Assembly: GCA_964016885.1 (NCBI GenBank)
Contig: OZ024756.1
Coordinates: forward strand, 25,792,001-25,856,000
Reading direction: 5' to 3'
Source of the DNA: Eledone cirrhosa
Lineage: Eukaryota
DNA length: 64,000 nt
Made by a program: the position numbers and the translations under genes. Below are positions 27,001 to 38,300 of this stretch, in pieces. The notes under the pieces are model-generated. The model searched no databases and was not told the origin of the DNA. It saw nothing but the letters and a program-made list of their open reading frames with translations. How positions within the stretch are numbered: position 1 is the first letter of the stretch; every line of letters starts with the position of its first letter.

Positions 27001-29259
27001 ACAGGGTCAACGACCACCATGCCAAGCACTATACCTGTAGGACATAATCAAGTTACCAATGTACTGCCAGGTAAGAAGAACATACCTTCTTGTTGTGTGG
27101 TGGACCTCCACAGGTTCCAGCGACAGCAGTTACACTTGTTTCATCAATGGGACAGTTTGCTTGTGAAATTAATATGCAAGTGGCTGAGCAGTCTACATTG
27201 TGTGATAATGAAAGGGCTGCATACTATATGGTACTTCTGTTAATATACTATATATGTTTAATATACTGTATATGTTTAATATACTGTGTATGTTTACCGT
27301 ACTGTATATATTCAAAATATCAACAATAAGTATTTTAAAATCATTTTTCCTGCTAAAGCAAGGGTTACCTTTGCAGGCTTTATCATAGGTTTTATACTTA
27401 TCATGGGGGTTCTTTTTGAAGCAATGTTTTACAGCCAGTTGCTCTTCCTAGCAACAACCCTTTTTAGTCATCTCTTACAATACACAGGTTTACTGTATAA
27501 CTATTCTAAACCAGATACACATGTATATATTTAATATACTGTAAATTGTGTGTATCCTGGTTTTTAGAATAGGTACATTATATTCCTGTACGTCATAAGA
27601 GGTAGCTAAAGGGGAAGAGTATCCGACTGAAATGTTACCTCTAAATATCCCATTGAACCCATGCTAGTATAGAAAAGGAGTTGTAAAAACAATGATGATG
27701 ATGGGTAAACTATTTCTCTTTCAGGCCAGAACAGTAATATGATCGATAATGTTCGAAAATGTAAAAACTTTATGGCAACACTGCTGAAACTAGCATCTAA
27801 CCAGCGCCCCGAAACAATCCTGGGCGTACGTGAACTCATACAAGGACTGATTGTAAGTCAACATACATCTCTCTTTCTTAATTTTTGTTATTAATCTTGG
27901 TTTTTGACAGTGACTAAACCATTTGGTCATGCTGCACTCTCACCAACACATACAGACACACACACACATATATATATAGTAATAATAATAATATTTATAC
28001 TTATATATGTTTTATATACAATTAAAAATATGGAGGGTAGTACTAAGTACTAACTAATTACCAGTAGGAGAAAAGGCTCATTGCAAATTATCAAGTGTAT
28101 TACAGAGCCGAGATACAAAATATTAAAACAATCAAATCTTAGTTTAATACATTTAATTGCTGACAATTGTTTCTTCCAGAGGGATGTCTGGAATCATCGG
28201 AGCATAGAGAATGTTTAAACAGGTAGTTAAAATCCTAGTCTTCAGAACATTTAGGTAGATACATAACTATTGTCAGTGTCATAGACATCATATAGAAAAT
28301 CGGGAGTTAAAAAAGAATGTTATGCGTCAGAAAACACAATTATAAGGAGCAATGGCGAAAATTGAAAAATTAAGCATATTATGTATAAAAAGATATACAT
28401 AATATGCTTAATTTTTCATTAAAAACAAGAGAAGACTGGACTGAAAACTTCTTTAAAATTTTAATTCCTCGAAAACACTATACATATTTCAATGGCCCAG
28501 TTACATCATCTGATCATGGTGTAAGACTTAGGCGATTTCATTAAGTGTTAATTGCAGAATTAGTTTCATAACATAAGAGGCTTATAGCGAGCACAAACAG
28601 AGGATAGAAAATAGAGGACAGATTTGATTCGGGGCTGGCTTGGCAATTCGGTGTTATTGTAACACCAAACCGATGATTTGCATAATTTCAAGTGCTTTAA
28701 TTTATTGCATCATTGTTTACTAACTGGAATCACCAGTTCTACCCTTTCGTAAGCAACATAACATAATAGTGTGTGTGTATATATATATGTAATAGAATTA
28801 GGATTTAGCTCCATACATAGCTATATACAGATATGTATTGGAATTTCGAATTTCTATATATACATCCCACACTGTAAATGTGGTTAGTGTTAGGAAGGGC
28901 ATCCAGTCGTAGAAAACCAGCCAGAAACACCCCTATTTGAGCGAGACACGGTCACCCGACACAACTTGCCTTAAAATAGGACCCGTCTAACCCATGCTAC
29001 CCTGGAAGATGGACGTTAATCAATGATGATGATGATATATATACACACACATGCACACAGATATACATCTTTCTCTCTGATATACAGAAGGTTAATTGCA
29101 GATTTATCTCTTGTTTTAGGATGGCAAAGTAGACCCTGAAAGTTTCACAGAGAAACTACAGATTGAACTGCAGTCTTCACCTCAACCATGTTTGGTACCT
29201 TTTTTGAAAGTAAGTATATATAATCCTTTCATCAATGTTGACCCCTATATATATGTGTG

Positions 29260-29318
<59 letters not shown>

Positions 29319-32300
29319 AGGCACATGGCTTAGTGGTTAGAGCATTGGCCTTGCAATCGAAAGGTTGTGAGTTCAATTCTTAGACCGGGTGATGTGTTGT
29401 TTCCTTGAGCAAGACACTTTATTTCACATTGCTCCAGTTTACTCAGGTGTAGAAATGAGATGATAGGGACTGGGTTCCCTATCATTCCACTGCAAAGTGG
29501 ACGTGTAGGCGCCACGGCAAAAAAGCACCCAGCACTCACTGTAAATGAGGTTGGTGTTAGGAAGGGCATCCAGCTGTAGAAATCAAGCCAAAATCAGTTC
29601 CCGTCCCACCCTTGCAAGCAGGGAAAAGCGGACGTAAAATGAAATGATGATACATGAGCATACCTATACTGTGCTCTGTATCCAGGATGGTGGGGGTTAT
29701 TTTACTATCTCTGTTGCTGCATTTGATAGGAAGAGGAGTTGGTGTTGATGTGCTCTTTATTTCGGAGGTGTAATGGTCAAATAGTGCTGCCATGTAGAAT
29801 TGGCTGCACTTGCTACGTTCTAACTTGTACACCACATAGGCCTGCAGGCAACAAAAAGTACCAGTACTGGGGTCAATTTTTTCTCTCTATCTCTTTCTCG
29901 ATGAAAGGCCAGCTAGCTGTATGATGTCTGTGTGCAATGTGTGATATTGCATGGCAGTGAATGAAAAAGATATGCAATGGCTAGAAATGTAGCAAGCAAG
30001 CTCCAATGAACATGCAATGTTAATGTGCATGAATAATAAAGCATGGTTGAACTGAGAGAAAATCTGGGTATAAGAGGACTGTGCATATGGACGATGATTA
30101 TTCAGTGAAGAAGTGCCAAGAAATCCCAGTGGAAGTCAACCGCAATAGAGAACCTGGTGAAAGCCGATCCCAAGGTGCTGAAGGCAATTGAGGAGATGAT
30201 GAAAGAACGCAATTAGCAGAAGGATTCTGTGTTAGAAAAGACCCGTCTAAGCATGGAAAGATGGGCACAAAAAAAGTATATATATATATATCCAATCTTT
30301 TTTCTCTCTTTGTCTATGTATGTATGGTGTGTGTTTCTAACTATGTCTCTCTATGTATGTATTTGTTTTTCTTTCTATATTTTGTATATTTTGTATGTTT
30401 ACAGAAAAGTTTACCTCTATTGAGGCACTCTCTCTACATGAATAAAATGTCCATTGAGGGAGTACGCCCTCCTCCCCCTGAAGTGATCCGGGGACAGCAG
30501 ACAATGTGTTCGGTGCCTAATACAACTGTTATGACCCACACCAAACAGAATGTTCATACCCACACCCACAATAGAATGGCTCATGTGACCACAGCCAACC
30601 GTATGACCTCCCAACCTCAGGTCCATGGGGTCATGTCAGGAGGTCACATGCATCAACCCACTCAGGTAAGTTATATTATCTTTTGTCTTAGTTTCAAGGA
30701 TGAGCCAGTTTTCTTCTAATTGTCATTTTTTCAAAGCAAGCACTATGGTCATATAAACAGCTTTCCACCCCTCCACATAGAAGCCCTTTGTATCTTCATT
30801 GTTGTCTATGTTGTCAATGTAACTTCATATTAGTCACTACATACACCTATATCTTCTTTAAAACAAGCACTGTTGTCATATATACAGTTTTCCACTTTTC
30901 TACAGATAGTATCAGCAACAGAAAGACCATTGGAAACATTGTTTCCTTGGTCTGATCTGATGATCAACTCCTTTCCTCTGCCAGGGGGTTTGACTGGCAG
31001 ATAGTATCAATAATGAAAAGACCAATGTAGACATTGTTTTCTTGGTATGATCTGATCAACTCCTTTCTTCTGCCAGGTCTTGTGACTGACAGATAGTATC
31101 AGCAATAGAACATTGTTTCCTTGTTCTAATCTAATGCTCGGCTCCTTTCTTCTGCTAGTTGTGACTAAAGATAGTATCAGCGATGGAAAGACCAATGGAA
31201 ATATTGCTTACCTGGTCCGATATGATGATCAGTTCCTTTCTTCTACCAGGAGTTGTGACCAACAGATAGTATCAGCAATGGAAAGACCATTGGAAACATT
31301 GTTTACCTGGTCCGATGTGATGATCAGCTCTTTTCCATTTTACTTCTTTTGAATTGAATAACTTCTCGACCTGAAGTTTATCTCAGTTTCATATGCCATT
31401 AAGTAGCTGAAAATATAAGACTGAACACTGGTTTATCGAAAGATTAACCATCTGCTGCTGGTACTCATTTTTAGCTGAGTGGATTGAAGCAATGTGAAAT
31501 AAAGTGCCTTGCTCAAGGACATAATTTACTGCTCAATCTTCTGATCACATAACTAACACCCTCATCACTAGGCCACATATTTTCACTCTGTGTCATATAC
31601 TAAGGTCAATTTAATCAGCTATATTCATTCTCCTCTCTTAGATTTTGTGCTTATATTCGGAAATTATTATTTCGTAGAATACAGGTGGTGAATTGACAGA
31701 GTTGTTACAGTGTTGGATAAAATATTTTGTGGTGTTTAGTTACAACTTTCTACTTTCTGAGATCAAATCTTGCTGCAGCCAAATTTGCTTTTCTTCCGCG
31801 GTTGATAAAATAAAGCACCAGTTAAGTGCTGGAGTTGATAGAATTGATTTTCCCCTCTCCCCAAATTGGTTGCTGGCAATGTTAGAAATAATTATTTCAT
31901 AGAATAAATCCTATAAATAATTTCCTATTTTTGTATATCTGTTGTAGACTATCTTCAAACAGGTGTGCCAAGGTGGTCAAATTGGCCATGTTCAGGTACG
32001 GGGTGGTCAAGCTAAGATGACAACAACAACTGTTGGTCATCCTGGCATTACTGTCAGCAAATCTAACCTCGGTACTATGACTACAGTTGGTAGAAGCAAC
32101 CTTCTCAACACATTGTCTACGACTACCAGTAATCTTCAGTCCCACATGCAGATCAAGAAAGAGACATTGGCCCCTCACAAGGAAAAACGGAAATATGAGT
32201 CTCTGAAGTAAGTTTTCCTCTGGTGACACATTTTGTATCTTTGCAGTAATTCTCAAAATACTACCACTGATTCAAGAACATTTGTTTGTTGAGCTAGTGA

Positions 32301-35300
32301 TTGTGGTGTGAGAAAAATTGTCTGTTGAGCTAATGATTGTTGTGTAAGAAACATTGTCTGTTGAGTCAGTGATTGTAAAGTAATAATGGTTAGCCAGTTA
32401 TTATGATTGTGGTATAAGAAATATTGTCTTTTGTGCCTGTGATTGAATCTAAGTAACAATGTGTCTGTTGAGCCAGTGATTGTAATCTAAGTAACAATGT
32501 ATTTGTTGAGCCAGTGGTTGTAGAATAAGTAACAATGTATCTGTTGAGCCAGTGATTGTAATATAAGTAACAGTGTGTATGTTAGGACAATGATTGTAAT
32601 ATAAGTAACAGTGTGTATGTTAGGCCAGTGATTGTAATATAAGTAACAGTGTGTATGTTAGGCCAGTGATTGTAATATAAGTAACAGTATGTATGTTAGG
32701 CCAGTGATTGTAATATAAGTAACAGTGTGTATGTTAGGCCAGTGATTGTAATATAAGTAACAGTATGTATGTTAGGCCAGTGATTGTAATATAAGTAACA
32801 GTGTGTATGTTAGGCCAGTGATTGTAATATAAGTAACAATATGTATGTTAGAACAGTGATTGTAATATAAGTAACAGTATGTATGTTAGGCCAGTGATTG
32901 TAATATAAGTAACAGTATGTATGTTAGGACAATGATTGTAATATAAGTAACAGTATGTATGTTAGGACAGTGATTGTAATATAAGTAACAGTATGTATGT
33001 TAGGACAGTGATTGTAATATAAGTAACAGTATGTATGTTAGGACAGTGATTGTAATATAAGTAACAGTATGTATGTTAGGACAGTGATTGTAATGTCAAA
33101 ACTGTGGTTGTAGGCTATTAGTGATTAAATCTGTATATTTTAAAATTATTTCAGAGATGATGATGACATCAATGATGTAGCAACAATGGGTGGAGTAAAC
33201 CTTTCTGAGGAAACACGTAACATTATGGCTACCAATGCTGAGTTTATTGGTACACAGATCCGGTCTTGTAAAGATGAATGTTTCCTTTATCACAGCCCAC
33301 TCTTAAGTAGAATTAACTCAATTGGTAAGTTATTTTACTCAATAGACAAGTGTAATTATGAGCATGATTGTGTGTTTGTATATGTGCAACAACATTACTG
33401 AACTAGTGGACCTATGCTGTCAGTAATGATGGCAATAGCATGGAACATATGTAGTTTTTAGTGTCCAGGATTGGTATGGCATATAAACCAAGATTACTGT
33501 GTCTCAGACATGTTTGGCAGAGCAATTTGCAATGGACAGGATGCCATATAACAAACATTGCCCTACTAGAAGCAAGCAGAATATGCCATTGTTGGTAGCT
33601 GAACTTTTCATTGTAAATAATAGTGTTTGTGTTTTTTTCTGTTGTATTTCCACAGCCAAAAAATATGGTGTTGAAGACGTACCTCCTGATGTTGCTAACA
33701 TTATATCACATGCAACTCAGGAACGATTGCGGGATTTCATTGAGAAATTATCCACAATTGCTGAACACAGAACTGAAATATACAAAGTAAGTAGTGAATC
33801 TTTCTATTTATTTAATCAATTTAAACATCCATATATAGCTAGTTAGCCATGGTTGACTAAGAGAAGTATCTACTACCCTTTACAATTAAGAAACAAAAAG
33901 CAGGAGAGATACAGAAATAGTAAAAGGAAGACAAGAGGCACAAGAAGCAAAAAAAAGAAAAATGCTGACAGCTATAAAGCAGCTAAAGTTTCTGTTGTTG
34001 AATCTTTTAGTAGCCTCCATGTACTGGAAGACCTTATTTATAGTTGGTGGATATTTGACAATATATTATATTGTACCTCCAATCTGGGTAGTTTTTTAAA
34101 GACCAGCTTTATGATGTCTCCCCTCCTTCAGACTGTTTCTATTCTAGAACAAATAGTACCATAGAGTTTCTGGGCTGTCTCCACAAGAACATAGAGGTGA
34201 TTCTATATGACCTGTTACTAAAACATAATCACTCGTTACTATGGCTGAAGGTGGTCAACTGACCAAGTTGTTAGGGCGGTGGAATAAATAGTTCACTGGT
34301 CAATTTTGCCTTTTATCCTTTTGGGATCAACAAAATAACGTTCCAATCCAGGGCCGTTGATTGATAGAATCAACTAACTCCTCTCTTAAATTGCTGGCAT
34401 TGTGCCTAACTTAGAAACTGTTATTACTATTGTCATTATTATTTTTTTTCTTTTCTATTTTTCCTCTTTTCCAAGATGGACAGCAGATATGAGGTGAAGA
34501 ATGATGTTAGAGCAATATTGAAGCATTTTGAAGAATTGGAACGGCTTGAAAAGAAGAGACACGAGGAACAGGAACGAGAAATGTTGTTAAGGGTTGCTAA
34601 GGTCGGTATTCCTTCTTCATCATCATCATCATCACTGTTTTACATCCATTCTTCCACGCTAGCATGGGTTAGACAGGTTGTCCTGTTGTGGGCAATGTTA
34701 GGTCGGGTGACTTTGGCTTGATTTCTAACACAAACATCATTTACAGTGAGTACTGGGTGCTTTTTTTTCATGGAGCCTACACGACCACTTTGCAGTAGGA
34801 GGGGATGGGGCATATTGTCTATATGCCCCAGCTTCAGCTTGTTACCATGGGAAGTCAGGTCTTCTGTATTACTGCGCAGTATTCCTTCCTATATGTCTAT
34901 CTTCCTAGTAAACATGACCCTAACCATAACCTCCTGCTACATATGCGATCCCCTACACTCAGTAGCTACACCGGAAAAATACCTAGAAAAAAGAAATTAA
35001 TTGTGCAAACTTGACAAACACTGCAGGAATGCCTTTCCTTCCCCCAATAACACAGGATAAAACAACTTAAAAGAATTGTTGTAAATAATCCTCATCGTCG
35101 TTTAACATCCACTTTCCTTGTTAGCAAAGGTTGGACTGGTAGTGTTTGTGCTATGATTTAATGCATCCAGTACACTCTATAAAGTTTTAGTGCTGGTGCT
35201 TTGATTTCATGCACCCAATACGCTCTGTAAAGTGGTAGTGATTGTACTATGCTAGACACAGTTGACAGCAGCCGTCCAGTATATCTATCTGTACAAGAGC

Positions 35301-38300
35301 ATGGCACCAGATACACCCTCTACTGGTTAGGCAAACTAGCAGCAGACAGACGCCTTTCAGGAGTGGGTTTCATAGTCAAGAACTCTATTGTTTCTAAGCT
35401 TGAAAACTTGCCAACTGGTCACTCTAACCGCATCATCTCTATGCACCTCCCACTGAGTAATCAAAAATATGCCACACTCTTCAGTGTGTATTCCCCTACT
35501 CTTCAAGCAGATCCTGCAGAAAAGAACAAGTTTTACTTTGATATGCACAGTCTCTTACTCCTGTAAACAACAAGGTCATAATCCCTGGTGATTTCAATGC
35601 CAGAGTGGGCTGAGATTCTGTAAATTGGGAAATATGGCGTTGGTAATTACAATGACAATGGTTGCTTGCTGTTGCAGTTTTGCACAGAACATCAACTAGT
35701 CATCATGAACCCCATCTTCCAGCAGAAGGACCATTTGAAAACAAATTGGATGTATCCTTGTTCCAAACACTGGCACTTCATTGATTATATTCTAGTGCGC
35801 CAGTGTGACTTGAAAGATGCCTTGCATACTAGAGTGATGCCCAGTGTGGAATGTCACACCAACTATCATCTCATATGCTGAAAACTCAAGCTCCACTTTA
35901 AACCCAAATCAAGAAAAGGAGCCCCCGTACCTCCCGGGAAAAGTTCAAGGTTAACAGTTTTCAGGCAGCCCTTTAGTTGAGTCTTGAAGATGCGAGCACT
36001 CCCACAGATCCTTCTCCAGAAACACTTTGGGAACATCTGAAAAATGTCATTCTGTAGACATCTGGGGAAGTCCTTGGGCTCGCCTCCAAGAAGAACAAAG
36101 ACTGGTTTGATGAAAACAAAAAGAAAATTCAAGAATTGCTAAAGAAGAAATCCACCCAACAGGCTCACTTAGTTCAGCCATCTTGTCCTATGAAGAAAGC
36201 TGCATTCCACCTCATATACAGTGTTCTGGATCTCTGGAATCATAAGCTTCCAGAGATCCAGAACAAGTGGTAGACCAAGCTCAATGAGAGAACTCAGTTG
36301 AGAATAGACACTGGAGACATTAGAGGCTTCTACAAAGCTTTAAAGGCAGTGTGTGGCCCTACATATCAGATCCAGAGTCCTTTGTGCAGTGTAGATGGCC
36401 AGGCCCGCCTCACAGACAGGGCGTCCATCTTAAGCTGTTGGTCAGAACATTTCCACACACTCTTCAACGCTAATCTCACTGTCAAGAAATCAACAATTCT
36501 CTGCATTCCCCAACAACTAATAAAAGTGAAGCTGGATGAGTTGCTCACCAAAGCCATAGAGCAGCTAAGGAGTGGCAAATCAGCAGGAGTTGATGGAATT
36601 CCACCTGAGATTTGGAAGCATGGGAGGCTATCAATACATGTAAAGCTCCATGAGCTCTTCATATGTTGCTGGGAGCAGGGCAATCTGCCACAAGATCTCT
36701 GCAGTGCTGTCATCATCACCCGGTACAAGAACAAAGGGGAAAAATCAGACTGCTCAAATTACCAGGGGATTACTCTGTTCATTGTCACGGGAAAAATCCT
36801 CACAAGGATGTTGTTAAACAGGCTGGTACATACCATCGCAGAAGAACACCTCCCAAAGAGTCAGTGTGGCTTCAGAGTCAACAGGAGCACCACAGACATG
36901 GTGTAGTTCTCAGGCAGCTCCAAGAGAAGTTCCGAGATCAAAATAAAGAACTATGTGGCATTCGTTGACTATACTAAAACTTTCGATACAGTGAGCAAGA
37001 AAGGAATGTAGCAGATCATGGAACAACTCAGCTATCTCCCAAAGTTCCTGAACAGGGTCATCCAGCTACACGAAGATCAGCATGGCCAAATCAGACTCAA
37101 TAGTGATTCTCAGAGCCCTTCCTGATCATCAACAGAGTGAAACAGAGTTACATCCTGGCACCAACTCTCTTCATCATCTTCTTCAACTCAAGTAGGCCAC
37201 AGAAGATCTTGATGACACAGACAGAATTTTCACCAGATACCGTCTTGATGGCAGCCTATTTAATCTTCGTCGACTACAGGCCCACATGAAGACCCTGGAG
37301 CAACTGATCCGAGATCTCCTCTTTGCCAACGATGCTGTTCTTGTTGCTCACACAGAACGAGCTTTGCAGTGCATCACTTCCTGCCTTGTGGAGGCTGCCC
37401 ATCTCTTTGGGCTGGAAGTAAGCTTAACCCTTTAGCGTTCAAACTGACCAAATCTGGCTGGAAATATTTCCCCTTTATTTGTTCAAATCAACCAAATCTG
37501 GCCACAGACACTCACACTAAGATATCGTTCTAAAAATAATAACGTCATCAAAATCTTGTTGGTTCGAGATTACTACGAGATAAGTCCTTCACCAGGAAAT
37601 ACAACACTTAATGAAGTGAAACTGAAAAACAACACGTGTTTTTTTTTAACATTGGAAGTACAACAGATTTTCTGTGTTTATCAACATGGCATGTGAAAGT
37701 AGCGATATCGACTTTGAAGGTTTTACACGTGATGACATTCAAACTGAAGAAGAAATAAAAGAAAATATCTGATTTATCTTCAAATGAATCAGATGTATAT
37801 ATCTCTGAATTTTCATCCAACAATGATTGTTGTTTTGCTAGTGAAAGCGAAGAAGATCCCAGAACACCATTGAAAATGTTACAGCAACATGGTCGAAAAA
37901 CACCATACCAATATGTGTTCTCGATTTTATTGAAAATACTGGTCCACAACACACATTACCTCCCAATACTAAAGCACTGGATTATTTCTTTCTGTTTTGC
38001 CACAGACTTTCTTCGAAGTTGTGGCAAAAGAGATAAATCGATATACTCTACAACAAATTTCAAATTGCATAAAAGCCGATCTATCATGGCAACCAACAGA
38101 TGCTGCAGAAATTCGAGTATTTTTTACTATAAATATAATGTTTGGTATAAAGCAATTTCCAAGACTGGAATTACTGAAGCGCTGATATAATGTTTAGTGA
38201 CCCTTATATATCAAGTATTATGCCAAAATCAAGGTATTTAAAATTAAATCAGTGTTTGCACCTGGTCAATACTCCAAATGCTTCCGGTAGAAATGAATCG

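Noticed and set aside
28479-28515. Second hammerhead-like motif on the minus strand (CAGAUGA...GAAAUAUGUA)
   Set aside because: Core mutated and stems I and II not convincingly paired; at most a decayed relic
29317-29390. tRNA-like sequence with A and B boxes (also 40666 and 46736)
   Set aside because: Continues into SINE core and tail and lacks a complete cloverleaf, so it is a SINE head, not a tRNA gene
31263-31305. Hammerhead-like reading of the 78-95-bp repeat on the minus strand (AAAC-AAU-GUUUC, hairpin, CUGAUAC)
   Set aside because: Core reads CUGAUAC rather than CUGANGA, and spacing to stem I is wrong
36298-36906. 202-aa RT-like ORF as a functional or domesticated gene
   Set aside because: Part of a LINE with many flanking stops and frameshifts and a mutated catalytic motif (FAND)
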